Source: Eledone cirrhosa (taxonomy: Eukaryota). Taken from it: a stretch of 64,000 nucleotides of DNA. The position numbers and the translations under genes are program-made. The notes under the pieces are model-generated. The model did no database searches and was not told where the DNA came from. It saw nothing but the letters and a program-made list of their open reading frames with translations. How positions within the stretch are numbered: position 1 is the first letter of the stretch; each line of letters starts with the position of its first letter. Below, in pieces: positions 1-12,639 of the stretch. The stretch is taken from assembly GCA_964016885.1 (NCBI GenBank), contig OZ024741.1, positions 50,034,001 to 50,098,000 on the forward strand. The letters run 5' to 3'.

Positions 1-2047
1 GCCACCGTCCTCTCTCCCACTCTGTCACTCCAAGTCACCCCTCCCGCTCGTCTCTTGGCATAGCTGCATGCCGTCTGGAGCCACCCAGCAATCGGGTAGT
101 GACCCACCAACTTTCCACACACCGAGAAAAGCTCCCGCCTACTCATACTTGGGCCCAGTTCTGGAACTTCATTTCCCCTCTGGAATACCAAGACGCCCGT
201 CCTGTCTCGCCGTAGCCTAAGTCCCAGCGCGGCTCCTCCCTCCAACGCTTCTGATGGCTTCGCAGCCAGTCCATACCCCTGTAAATGGCTCGTGACCTCC
301 GCCGCCGACACCACAGACTCATCCACTAGGATGTCATCAATGTAGGAGTTAGTGGCCCTCTTCATCTTGTCGGCCTTTCCCAGAATGGTCTTGAGGACCG
401 CCGCCATGATATTCGGTGCGAAGGTCAGCCCGAAACCGAGCCTGGTCAGGCAATATGTCCGGCCCTTATACCTGACCAGCTGATACTGCCAGAGCTTCTC
501 ATCTATATGCAATTGCAAATATGCCGACTTTAGATCTACGTCATGCGTCTCCACTCACGCAGGGTTTCCCCACAGACATCCGTGACCTCGCCACCCGTGT
601 GGCATGACACGTGCTCGTTCAGCTCCCGAAAGTCCAGCACCGGCCTCACCTTGTTCTTCGTGGGTTGCACCACCGCCATTAACGGCAATACTCCGCACTT
701 CACCTCCTCTTTCCAGGGAAGCAGTATGCCCTCTTCAATCCATCTCTCTACCTCTCACTCGAACTCGCTCCTAATGTTTCCCTTCAATGTGTGTTGATAG
801 CAGCCCACTTTGGTTTTCAGTGTTGGTGGTTCTCCCTTCCAGTACCACTCAACAACCCATCGCTGCCCATCGAACACGGCCTTGAAGTCTTTGTCCTGCA
901 CAGTGTAAGCGGGGTATTTCTCCTCGTGGGCCTTCTGGTTCTCCTGTCGCGTACTCACAGTGCATACCGATGCAGCGCCGCCAAACAACACACCGACATT
1001 GTTCACTGTGACGCCTCCTAGACGGTCAATTGCATCCATGCTCATAACCACGCCGATCCCATCCACCACGTTGTCAACTACGATGGCAGAAAGCCTTATT
1101 TTCCTTCCCCGTACCGCCATCTCCACCTCGCTGCGACCTCGGCATTCAATTTTCCTGCCGTCGACTGCCCTTACGCTGCTCTTGCCTCTCCACCTCTGTG
1201 CCACCCCCGCGGTCACCAGTGTCGTCGTACAGCCCGTGTCCACGAGGGCTCGCTGTGGCTTTCCCCTCACGAAGACTTCCACCACGGGCAGCGCCTTTAC
1301 TCGTAAGGGGCAACTACCGGCGCAGTAGTTCCTCTTGGATCGTTTCTCTGGTCGCAGTTAGTAGCGATGTGGCCTGGTCGCTTACACCGGTAGCATATTA
1401 TTTCCGGCCTTGACTCTCTACAGTCTCTAGCCATGTGCGGGCCCTGGCACCTAAAACAGCGGCCTCTAAACGTTCGCGGGCGATCGCGTGCCGTGGTTGC
1501 CTCCCTTTCACCATTTCGCTGCCAGCTGTCTTGAGCCTCTGTAGTTGCTATCGCCGCGACACTCTTCTTAGCATCTTCTGCTATGATCCGGGCTTGTTCC
1601 ACCAGTGAACACATTTCCATTTCTTTGTAACCCGGGACTTGCTGCAGTTTCACCGCTATGTCGTCTGGAAATCCATTTATGAACGCCAATCGCACCGTGC
1701 GTTCGCATTCCACCTGATATTCAGCCAACATGGCCAATCGCCGTATTTCCGCTGCGAAAATGTCAACGCGTTCACCGTTCCATCTAATTCTTGCCAGCTT
1801 AGCAAAAGCGGCTAACGGTCCCTCTGCGAATGCTTCCATCATGCGCCTCTCAATCTTTTGTGCATCTCTTTGGCTGTGTTCATCCAACTCAAGGAAGAGT
1901 ACCAACGCGTCCCCCTCAAGGTACCATGAGGCCAGCCACATCTATCTTCTGTAAGCTTGCGACCAGCCGGACTTTTCGCAGCCAAGCGACATCGCCTTCA
2001 CCGGTAAATGCCCTAATCGCTTCGCTCGTTCGTAGTCTCGTCGCCAT
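1..2047 (-). mobile_element. Ty3/Gypsy LTR retrotransposon (gag-protease-RT), degenerate, truncated by window start
   Basis: Gag with two CCHC knuckles (CFRCQGPHMARDC, CYRCKRPGHIATNC; 1297-1941, probable ATG at 2047 with a frameshift). Aspartic protease ALVDTGCT (755-1285). RT motifs DLKSAYLQL, LGFGL and YIDDIL read on the minus strand within 1-750, interrupted by stops. Confidence 0.9.
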
Positions 2048-2229
2048 ATCCTAATTTGTCTTGCGGTACGTGATAAAAAAAAACAAAATAACAGACTCCT
2101 CTCTGTTTTTCCAGTAGCTTTTTTTTTTATTTTTTTTTTTTTTCAATCAGATCTCAGTTTCCAGTTCCGAAATAGCTTGTGGTTAGAAAAAGCTATCTCA
2201 CTTACCCCTTTTCATAGGCGCCGCTAAAT

Positions 2230-2439
2230 CCCATTGCTGGTTTCTCCTCTTCCACGTGCGTCCAACCGGGAGCTACCAAAACTCGCGTCCACACCGTTCC
2301 TGGTCACCACTAGAAAGAGGCCGATCTGCTGGCCCTTCCGGTCGAGCACCCTTCCGGCCAAGCACCCTTCCGGTCAAGCACTCTTCCGGTTGAGCACTGC
2401 CCAGCTTCCGGCCACCGCATGCCACACCATACCGACACA
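2230..2439 (-). repeat. Probable 5' LTR/leader of the first Gypsy element
   Basis: GC-rich block upstream of gag, starting TGTGTCGG on the minus strand at 2439, with repeated CTTCCGG motifs. The partner LTR is outside the window, so boundaries are unconfirmed. Confidence 0.4.
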
Positions 2440-2857
2440 TATTGAATATTATCATTGGGAGTGGGAGGTTAAATCATATGCTGGGTAAAACCAAATTTAT
2501 TTCGGCATGCCGTAATCTTTGCTACTAAGATCAAAGGCTTGCTTTTTCTGACAGATTTAGAGTCGTTGTTGATTCCGATTCAGTCGATACGGTATATTAT
2601 ATACGGGACGGTTATTGTCACATCAAAAGTTACTTTTTTTTTTAATTATTGTTTTAAGACCCAAATTCAGTCATGTGATCACTACTCAGAATTTTTTTGT
2701 TCCCGCTTTAAGTGTATTGGAGTAACAGTCGACATTTTCGTGATTAAAAAGGTAAAATGTTCATCCTTTTATTCATTCTAATGTTTTAAAATTTAATTTT
2801 ATATATATCAAATTATTTTTTTTAAAGTTACGTAAAAACGTAAACTCGGACCTATTT

Positions 2858-3166
2858 TTGTTATTGTCCACGTTGAACAAAACAACGGGAGAGTTCAGAT
2901 TTGTGGAATTGTTGAAGCCAAAGCTTTTTCACGTTTACGAAAGAAAATTTACGATGGAAGCGTTTTCGAAATCAGCTTATGCGGCATATTTTGCAAAGCA
3001 AGCGTCATGCATCCAAGAAGTCGCAGACATAATATGGGAACTTGAACTAACTCAAGCTCTGGCAGAAGTAACAAAAGTATTACATCTGATTCTGACTATA
3101 CCTGCCACATCTGCTTCACGTGAGAGATCGTTTTCTTCATTAAAGCGAGTAAATAATTATATGAGA
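2858..3166 (+). pseudogene. hAT transposase remnant, C-terminal dimerisation domain, 5' part
   Basis: LHLILTIPATSASRERSFSSLKRVNNYMR matches the hATC dimerisation motif (P-x-TSA-xx-ERSFS-x-LKR). Homology stops at an insertion. Confidence 0.8.
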
Positions 3167-3447
3167 GTGACGGTAAGAGACCTGACAACCGTACCCTGTG
3201 TCCCTGGTCGAGAGGCAGGTGCCTTGTCTGGGACGTCACTGTTAGTGACTCTTTTGCTCTTTCCCACACCCTGGATGCTGCGGTAGGACGAGAGCCACAG
3301 CTTCCGCAGCCGAGCGGAGTAAGACCCTCAAATACTCTGATCTATTGGCCAGCTACATTTTTCAGCCTGTGGCTTTCGAGACGTTTGGGGAAGTCGGGCC
3401 ACCGACTGCGAGGTTTCTCTCTTCACTGGCGGCTCGCCTAATAGAGG

Positions 3448-3840
3448 TTTAGAAGAATCGTATTATATGAGATAAATGTTGTTGTTGAAATAACAAGAAT
3501 GGCTTTGTGTGTTTATATAAAGATTTACTTTATGGAAGTCAAAAATAGAACAATACATATTTTACCACAAGTTGTGATGGTGTAGTTGGTGAGTTTTAGA
3601 CCATAGTGGGCGAAAGAGTTGCTCTCAACATGTTCACTGGAGTAGGCTTGTAATTTGCATCTCACGTGTCGTGGTGAAACCTGCTGCGAGTGGCAAGAGA
3701 GAGGGACAAGGCACAGCTATATCTTGATTCCAGGACGGCTGGCCGTGTGAGAGGTAGAGCGCTCTGACGGTCTCAATATATAGTCCCCATGGGGCCGTAA
3801 CTCTCATGAGTTCTGGATTTCACCGCTAGGGGTCACTTCA
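3448..3840 (-). repeat. 3' LTR of Gypsy element
   Basis: Direct repeat of 7949-8340 with about 14 differences counted by eye. Adjacent to the PPT. Confidence 0.95.
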
Positions 3841-3998
3841 ATACCCTCCTCCAGACGATAGGCGAAAAGCCCGAAGGTAATTGTAGCGAACCCTCAAGCA
3901 TGGGATCCAAGCAAAGGCATGAAACAATAACAAAAAATCAAAGGGTACATGCCTACATAATTCAATGAAAAAGAAAACAAAAGGCTCCAGTGGCCAGT

Positions 3999-6900
3999 TC
4001 ATATAAAAAATGTCTGACAGAGTTTTTGAGGCCAGTGGACTCTTCGACCGGAACGGGTCGTGATCTTATATGTAGGTGCAGGTGGGTCAGGAGGAGCAGG
4101 TGTATGCACAATAGAGAAAGATTGGGGTATTTGTGGCTCAGATGTATGAGCGTCAGTGTATGCCCTTTTTAGTCTATCCACCGAAATTGTCTCTCTGGAT
4201 CCCTTAATGTCTACTGTGAAATGTTTGTAGGGTCCAGAGTACGGGTGTGTGAGGGGTGGAGTAACCGCGTCGTTTCTGACGAAGACGTGTCCACGAGGCA
4301 ATATCCCTTGGGACTGCAGTTTTAATAGTTTGTTTCCTAGTATTCATAGGCGGTAGGTCCTGAAAATAGGAGCGCAAACGAGATACATAGGAAAGAGGAT
4401 CATGAAAAGCAAGATCAACAGGGGCAAGCATTTGCCCAGGCAACGCTAGAGGAGCACCATACAATAATTCGGCCGGGGAGAACCCAAGATCCTGCTTTAT
4501 TGATGACCGAATTCCTAATAACACAATAGGAAGGTACTCGCTCCAACGTAGAGAGTCTGAGTAGGTGTGAAGAGCGGCCTTTAATTGGCGGTGAAAACGT
4601 TCCCCTATTCCGTTCGAAGCAGGATGATAAGCTGTGGTCCGGATTCGTTGAGTACCAATGATTTTTGTCAGCTCTGAGAAGAGATGAGATTCAAATTGCC
4701 TACCACGGTCTGTGGTAATTGTGGTTGGCACTCCATAGTGAGCAATCCACCCTGATACCAGGGCACGCGCTATAGTCTCAGCCGCAATGACCGACAAGGG
4801 GATGGCTTCAGGCCATCGTGAAAAACGATCAATGCAGGTCAAAAGGTAAGAATATCCACTACTGAATGGCCAGGGTCCAACGATATCGATGTGAATGTGT
4901 TGAAAACGAACATCCGGAGTACTGAAAGTACCAAGTGGAGCCCAGATGTGTCTGTGGACTTTAGACTTTTGACACTGTGTGCAGGAACGGCACCAGGCAG
5001 TAATTTCTCGCCTCATATTTGGCCAGAAAGATCTAGCCGTTATGAGCTTTACTGTGGCTGAAATTCCTGGGTGAGAAATGCTGTGCAAAGCAAGGAACAC
5101 AATTCGACGGTGAGTCTCGGGAACATAAGGTTGTGGTGAATCCGTAGATACGTCGCAGAGGATCTGCCTGTCGGTAGTCGACAAGGGCAGATATTTCAAG
5201 TCGCAAATTCGGGTGATGAATTATCCAACGATTCGAGTGCAGGTTGATCTGCTGCCAAACGAGTTAAATCTATCTCCTGGGATGACGAAATCGAGCTGAT
5301 TGGCAAGCATGACAAGGCGTCTGCAGCTGTGTTTAGTGAGCCAGCAATGTGCTGAATATCATTTGTAAACTGCGAAATGTAATCAAGGTGCCTTGTCTCT
5401 CTGGGTGATTATTTGTCGGCTTTAGCTCTCAAAGCGAAGGTCAGAGGTTTGTGGTCAGTGAAAACCGTAAAAGTTCTTCCCTCAAGAATATGAGAAAAAT
5501 GTTTCAAAGACAGATATATGGCTAATAACTCCCGACCAAATATGCTGTAACGAGTTTCTGCTGGTTTCAGCTTCCTGGGGGAAAATGCCAAAGGTTGTTG
5601 GTTTCCAGCGTTATACTGTTGTAAAACTGCTCCCACAGCGGTATCAGATGCATCAACACAAAGCGAAAGCTTGGCCTCTGGTACTGGGTGGGCTAGCAAA
5701 AATGAATTAGCAACTGCTGTCTTGGCAGTCTGGAAATCTTTGAGTTGTCCTTGTGTCAAGGAAATATCCTCATTCTTCTTATAACGATTTTTCAAAATCT
5801 CGGTAAGGGAAGATAGTAATTTTGCACATTGAGGAACGAAACGTCTATAATAATTGATTAGGCCTAAGAAGTGACACAACTGGTGAAGTGTAGTAGGCGG
5901 AGGTAAATCCTGTATAGCCCTAACTCGCTGCGGAAGGGGTTGGATACCCTCTGCGTCGATGAGGTGACCTAAAAAATTCAGTGAAGTGGATCCGAAAACA
6001 CACTTTGCGGGATTCACTCGAACGCAGTAATCCTGGAGTCGGCGAAATAAAAGGTTCAAGTGACGTATATGCTCTTCTGGAGAGGAACTAGTGACGAGAA
6101 GATCATCTATATATGCATAAACGAAGTCCAGACCACGAGTGCCCTCGTCTATGAACCACTGAAAAGTGCTAGCGCCATTCCTGAGTCTGAAAGGCATGGT
6201 CAAAAACTCAAAGGATCCGAAAGGAGTCATAATAGCTGTTTTTGGAATGTCTTCCTTCCTGACCGGAATTTGGTGGTAAGCTTGCACTAAATCGAGTTTG
6301 GAGAAAATCTTACAACCCTGCAATGAAGATGCAAAATCCTGGAGATGGGGAATCGGATATCTATCCGGGACGGTCATCGCGTTTAACCTCCTATAATCCC
6401 CAGTGGGTCTCCAGTCACCAGAAGTCTTGGGCATCATATGTAACGGTGAAGCCCAAGGATTCATAGATGGGCGAATAATGCCCAGCTGCAGCATATGGTC
6501 GAACTCGGACCATGCTGCCTTTAATTTGTTCGCCGGTTAACAATGTGGACATGAAAATACTGGAGCACCGGTTGTAGAAATAAAATGTTCGGTTGAGTGA
6601 GTTGGCTCAGTAACTCGAAAATTTCCATCGGTGAGCTCCGGGAACGAACCTAATAATGAATGGTAGGCGCCTCCAGCGGCAGCGATGAAGAATATTGGGC
6701 TGACCGTTGGAGCATTGGCTTTTCGGCCACGAATTGAAAAACCGGTGATGTCATCCACCAGACGTTGGCCTCGGACATCCACAGTCAAGGAGAAATTGTG
6801 GAGGAAATCCGCTCCTAAGATTGGGTATGGCAAGTCAGCGACCGTAAAAATCCATTTAAAATCCCTACAAAGATTTAGGAATTTGAGAGGAAGCAAGATT

Positions 6901-7436
6901 TGTCCGTACGTCTTTATAGGCAAGTGGTTAACGGCCTGCAGAGTAACAGATGACTCCACGGGGGTATATTTTAGGCAATGGACAGGCCAAATATTACAGG
7001 AGGCTCCTGTATCCACGAGGAAGCCTCTTCCAGACATAAGGTCCTTGATGAAGAAGTGGCGGTTTGGTGGCTTTATTCTGAGGTTAGCTGCCACTGTCAG
7101 CGAACCTCTCTGGCATTTACCGACTTCAGAAACGAACAAGGTTGCACACAAAGGTTCGCGTTCTCAGCAAAACGCTCGTGGTACCAGCATAAAGATGAAG
7201 CTGGTGACCTGGGGCGGTGTCTGAAAGAGTAAGATCTACCGTGGCTGTGCGAGCGCGAACGAACACCACTAGAGGCCTTCAGCTTCTGTAGCTCCAGGGT
7301 GAGTTCCAGAATGGCTTTATGCATAGCCATTATAGCTGCGCTGTCTTCATGAGTAGCCGCGCAAGTGGCATGGCCAGGTGTGGCCTGAACTGGGTGAGAA
7401 ACAGCAGCAAGGGCTTTAGAAGAATGAGATGCCATT
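3999..7436 (-). pseudogene. Gypsy gag-pol pseudogene (Gag C-term, PR, RT, RNase H, integrase)
   Basis: ORF pieces 7097-7621, 6537-7151, 5409-6494, 4204-5199 and 3999-4301 are separated by stops and frameshifts. Confidence 0.93.
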
Positions 7437-7948
7437 GGTGCAATCTCAGTAAGCGGCCAAAATGCATCTCCATATAGAAAAATATCTCGGACACAAGGGA
7501 AAAAAGAAAATAAATCCACTTGTTTTTCTCTGTCAAACAACCGGACAGGAAAACGTGTGTGGGAGCGACTAATCAATAATACATTTACGGCGAACCTAAA
7601 ACAAAAACCAACATGGCGCACAGTTTTGCGGCAAAAAAACTTTTGAAGAAGAAAGCCGCCATCTTGACATCTTCAAAAATTTGAGCAAGGAAAAAACAGG
7701 AAAAAAATATATATATATATTTATACAATTGTTCATTTGCTAGGAAGCTAGTAGCATTTTTTTATTTTTATTTTTTGTAAATAATTTGAGACTTCGTTCC
7801 GCACAGATGAGGAGCTTGGTAATTAAATATTACAGAGAAAGTTGTTGATGTTAGTAAATGCAGCCATATCAGAATCAATAAGCGTTTTTTTAATGTTTTT
7901 TTTTACATATAATACCACTTCGTAATATTTTCTTTTCGAGGTCACCAC

Positions 7949-8340
7949 TTTAGAAGAATCGTATTATATAAGATAAATGTTGTTGTTGAAATAACAAGAA
8001 TGGCTTTGTGTGTTTATATAAAAATTACTTCATGGAAGTCAAAAATAGAACAATACATATTTTACCACAAGTTGTGATGGTGTAGTTGGTGAGTTTTAGA
8101 CCATAGTGGGCGAAAGAGTTGCTCTCAACATGTTCACTGGAGTAGGCTGGTAATTTGCATCCCACATGTCGAGGTGAAAGCTGCTGCGAGTGGCAAGCGA
8201 GAGGGAGAAGGCACAGCTATATCTTGATTCCAGGACGGCTGGCCGTGTGAGAGGTAGAGCGCTCTGACGGTCTCAATATATAGTCCCCATGGGGCCGTAA
8301 CTCTCATGAGTTCTGGATTTCACAGCTAGGAGTCACTACA
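7949..8340 (-). repeat. 5' LTR of Gypsy element
   Basis: Begins TGTAG on the minus strand and is followed by PBS TGGTGACC. Confidence 0.95.
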
Positions 8341-8720
8341 GAGGTAACTGTAGGGCGCTTGATTGTTCCAACGCCATCACCCGAGGCAACGCTGCAAGTG
8401 TGCTGGCTTGCCTCAAAAATCATTAGAGAGGTTTCCCAGTACCCCTCGCTACTGTCTTTTGCTCTGGTGTTGGCTTGGTTGTTCACCTCTTCCTTTACAT
8501 TTTCTTTAATATTGTAACATTAAAAAATATATCTTTCTGAATGAATCGCGAGCTATTTATAATGTTATCGAAGCATTTATAATGTTATTTATGTATATAT
8601 TTAAAACATATTTGTTATGTTATTCTACTGTAAATTTATTTATATGCTCTGTTTATATTTTCATTCTGAAAGAATTGCAAACGATTTGTAATGTTATTTA
8701 CATAACTGTGAATAAAACTT

Positions 8721-8878
8721 ATTATATGAGATATTATCAAAGTGAGCAATTTGGTCTTCATTTCCATGAAGACCTTTTGAAGAAGATGATGGTAGAGCGT
8801 GGTACCAATACATTTTATAGCAAAGTGATCAATGAATTTGCCAAAATGAAACGAAGAATTGAATTGATTTACAAATGA
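8721..8878 (+). pseudogene. hAT transposase remnant, extreme C-terminus (continuation of 2858-3166)
   Basis: SNLVFISM.. and FYSKVINEFAKMKRRIELIYK* are typical hAT C-terminal residues and follow the duplicated ATTATATGAGA. Confidence 0.7.
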
Positions 8879-9229
8879 ATTTTAAATATTTCATTATTTG
8901 AAGGTTTTATTATTTACTCTTATTTCTCAGGTAATCAATATCATGATAGGCTCGTCACTAGGCTGTTACTAATGGGAAGACATCATGTCTAGTGGAGAGG
9001 GGTATCAAGCCTCAAGTGTGGTCTGTTGGTAGATGGGCATTTTCTCACATTAAAATTATCTCATGTCACATATACAAAAGGAGGAGAGGACGACGAATAA
9101 TTTTTGCAGAGTGTGTGTGTGTGGGGGGGGGGGGTAAGGCTCCACATCCCTACTCTCCACCATGGCGATTGGACTGCATGCCCTGCTTTCCAAGTTACCC
9201 TTCGCCAGTTGTCCACACTGAAAAGTTGT

Positions 9230-9912
9230 AATTTTCATGCTGTGACAAAAACCGCCTTGTCGTGTAGGTGTCACAAGGCTTAGTTTCTACGGTTGCATGC
9301 CCTTCATAATGCCAACTACATTTACAGTGTGTACTGGGTGCTTTTTATCGTGACACTTACACGATCACTTTACAGTGTGGATTGTGCTTTTTGTCATGAC
9401 ACCTACACAACCACTTCACAGTGTGGACTGGGCACTCTTTGTCGTGTTGTCATCACGACCACTTTACAGTGTAGGCTGGTGATTAGGGTGGGTCGATTGG
9501 GGAGGTTGATTTAGGGGTGTGTGTGAGGGGGCAGAATGTTCGTGCATGGGTGGAGTGTTAGGATGTGGGAAGTGCAAGAAAGGGAGGGACGTGGACGGAG
9601 GAAGAGGTGTTAGGATGTGGAGGTGTATGGAAGGGGTAAGGGAGGGTAGTGCATACGAGATGTGTGCCTCAACCCATGCAGATAGGAAGGTGAGTCTTCT
9701 ACGTTATTGCATAACGCCAGAGATCTCAATTGTCTCATTGCCTTCAAGAAGTGCAATTGTGCAAAGTCAGCTTTTATCACCTCATCCCAAGTCTTCCTAG
9801 GCCTTCCTATACCATAGATTCCATCAACCTTGAAACCCCACCACCTTTTTATACAGCTGTCATCCTGCATACGCATCACATGTCCATACCAACACATTCA
9901 CCTATTGCATTC

Positions 9913-9947
<35 letters not shown>

Positions 9948-10185
9948 TATATAATGGACTCATTATCATCATCATCATCATCATTTTACGTTACAGCATC
10001 TCTCCACTTGTCACTGTCCTTCGTCATCTCCTTGGTGAGTTTCAGCGATCTGAGGTCTGCTCTCACCACCTCCGCCCATGTTTTTCGTGGTCTACCTCTA
10101 CTGCGTCTTACCTCCACTGGGACTTCCTAGCACTTCTTTATCCAACAGTCATCCTCCATGCACATCACATGTCCATACCATCATA
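9230..10185 (-). mobile_element. RTE-type LINE 3' fragments with 3' UTR
   Basis: WYGHVMRM...GRPRKTWDEVI (9610-9897) and a second similar piece at ~9990-10185. The 3' UTR modules match 34990-35250. Confidence 0.8.
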
Positions 10186-10189
10186 GATA

Positions 10190-10500
10190 AAAAGAAAGAG
10201 TCATGATACGATCACTGACACCTTTGGAGAATGACATTAGGGATCTAGCAATGTCCGATCTAATGACAAAACCAACACCAGATTGATGGTGGTCTTTTAC
10301 ACTTTTTACAGACCAGAAGACTGTCTAACCTTCTCACACATCTTCCATTTGGGATTAGCTAGGAAGTCAGGTTTCATTTATTGCACAGATATTGATGTTA
10401 TATCTATTGAGTACATTGCAGATGAGGGCTGGTCTTTGTTCCAAATTTGAACTTCTGTCCTGGTATATTCTAACATTCTATGAACCAAAAATTAAATGTT
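10190..10500 (-). mobile_element. LINE APE endonuclease fragment, degenerate
   Basis: Minus-strand reading gives ICAINET and GVGFVIRSDI, which resemble APE endonuclease motifs. Confidence 0.45.
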
Positions 10501-10800
10501 TTGTTTTGTTTCAACCCCATATTTGGATAATCAGACAGCCATGATTGACTGCCAAGTTAAAGGTTTGAGTAGGCATTTGTTTAGGGCTCCTTTTATTGTC
10601 CCCTCTCTGTGTAGAGAAAGCAGTGCTATGTCTAAAAACACCTGCTTTTTCACCATCAGAGGACACTAACAGCACCACTGTGTAGAGTTCCAGCTAAGGA
10701 CTGCCTGTAATACTCCTTACATTTGCTCTCACCAGTGGGCTTTGTGCTAATGGTGGGATATCAAATAGACAGAACTGGTAGAACTTTTGAGCTACACATA

Positions 10801-11279
10801 TATAACGGCGGCGAAGATTCGAAACCGAATCTGAGCTTTCCCGCCTCTGGGACAAGCCGTGGTAACTTGTTTACGCTCAAGAGACTAACCCCTTGGGAGA
10901 GGCTAAACACAGGTCAGAGGTGTTTACGCCTGACAGAAAATAGGTCAGAGGATATATCCATCTTTCTGACTTGTTTACGCTTGGCAAACTAATCCCTTGG
11001 GAGACTAACCAAAGTTCAGAAGATATATCTATCCTTCTAACTTCAATTCTTATAAATACAGGGATTGTTCACGCTTCGAATAGAAAAAGAAGTGATATAC
11101 AGACAAGACAAGTCGCATTTCCAAGCTCTCGTCACGAAAAACCAGTCTGCCACTTATTCTCACCTTCCTGGCTGATCGCTGACTCCTGCAATACAAATAA
11201 GTAAATATACTGATACGCCGCACACACGCATTCATAGTGAGTCCAGCATTTGTACACGCACCATTCATTTCTGTTTACA
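10801..11279. mobile_element. Solo LTR
   Basis: 479-bp block running TATAACG...GTTTACA (near TGTAAC/GTTACA termini), flanked by 4-bp TSD CATA (10797-10800, 11280-11283). Confidence 0.65.
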
Positions 11280-11619
11280 CATATTATAATCGTATTCTGT
11301 GATACTTGAATTTACGTGGCTCGAAGAGCCACCAAATTATTGTATGAATATTTTGTGTCATTGATTTTATCATTCAATATTCAAATTGAATATTGTTATA
11401 ATAAAATAAACTTTGTAACACCACAATCCTGGTATTTTTCTTTACATCGAAACCACCATACCAACAGTTACATCCATCCACTTATCGTTACAACCACACA
11501 TAATATTCCGTTACACATACAAATGAATTATTTATAGTGGTGAAGGCCAAACTTTTTGGAAATATTGATAACTAAGGATTGGTGCAAATGTTTGCCACAA
11601 ACCCAGTAGACAACACACC

Positions 11620-11810
11620 TCAGATATTGAATGGCCAATGACTCTCAGGAGATACTCCATCTTTTAGCGAGTTTTGTTTTTCATCCTGCAGAGTGTCCAA
11701 ATATTGGCCTCCTCACCAAGCAAGCATGGTGGAGTTGCCTGTTTAGTTGCTGACGGCATGACCACGTGACAGGTTGTACTGGGCTACATATTACCACATG
11801 TTACATATTT
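11620..11810. repeat. Interspersed repeat shared with 58660-58830
   Basis: TATTGAATGGCCA.TGACTCTC...GTTTTGTTTTTCATCC.GCA..GTGTCCAA...GTGACA.GTTGTACTGGG is present at both loci. Confidence 0.6.
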
Positions 11811-12639
11811 GTATATCATCATCATCATCCAGTTTTTTTATTATGCAAGACCCAATTAATCCCTAAGTAGGAGGTGGGTCCTGCCTGACAGCACTCCTTA
11901 GAGTCCTGTTACTTCAGAGTTTTGCCTGTGTGTTCACAGGGTCATCAGATAGGATCTTGTCTGGTGACTGTGAATACATGGGTGAAAATCCAAAGTAACA
12001 AAACTCTGACTTGACCTTCATAAAAAATTAATTATTATTGAATACTGATTCTCGTGACTGCCAATATTAAACATATCTATCTATTTCTCTCTCTCCCTCT
12101 CTCTCTTTCTTTCTCTCCTCTCTCTCTCTCTGTTCCAGTTACCATGTAATAGATGGTCGTGTTATTGCATGTATCACACTATGTGGTTTTGTAAACCAAA
12201 TTAGTTTAACAGAAGTTTATTCACGTAACACGATTCTTTCTTAGTACAGCTCACAGCCAATTGTAATTGCATAATAAAATCCATCTATTATGTAACTATT
12301 AGCCAACTAGGTTCTTACACAAACATTTTTCTGCTACCCTGCTACAAAGAAATTGTTTGTCATTTATGTAGCTACATCGTGTCCCAAACATCAAAATAGA
12401 TGAATATAGAATTTAAAAAAAATTCCAGTTGGTCGAAGAGCAACAAAAACGACCTCCACACCACGTGAAAGGCATCGTGTTTTTAATTTAACACACACTA
12501 AGTGAAGTAACTCTGAGTCACACGTTGGCATCTCACCATTACCATGACTACCAACATTATTTTCCAATTTAAAATAATAATAATAATAATTGTTTCTACT
12601 TTTGGCACAAGGCCAGCAATTACCCAGTGTATTACTGGT

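Larger units (their letters stand above)
3448..8340 (-). mobile_element. Full-length Ty3/Gypsy LTR retrotransposon with disabled ORFs
   Basis: Paired LTRs (3448-3840, 7949-8340), 4-bp TSD GAGG (3444-3447, 8341-8344), PBS TGGTGACC at 7947-7940 on minus and PPT GGAGGAGGGTAT at 3852-3841. Gag C-terminus CWYHERFAENANLCVQPC, protease FLVDTGAS, RT YIDD, RNase H DAS/TDH and integrase HPG..C..C with DDE core occur in Gypsy order. Confidence 0.97.
3167..8720. mobile_element. Unclassified ~660-bp insertion (3167-3447 plus 8345-8720) splitting the hAT remnant, itself split by a Gypsy
   Basis: Flanked by an 11-bp direct repeat ATTATATGAGA (3156-3166 and 8721-8731). GC-rich 5' half, AT-rich 3' half with AATAAA at 8711. 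Confidence 0.55.
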
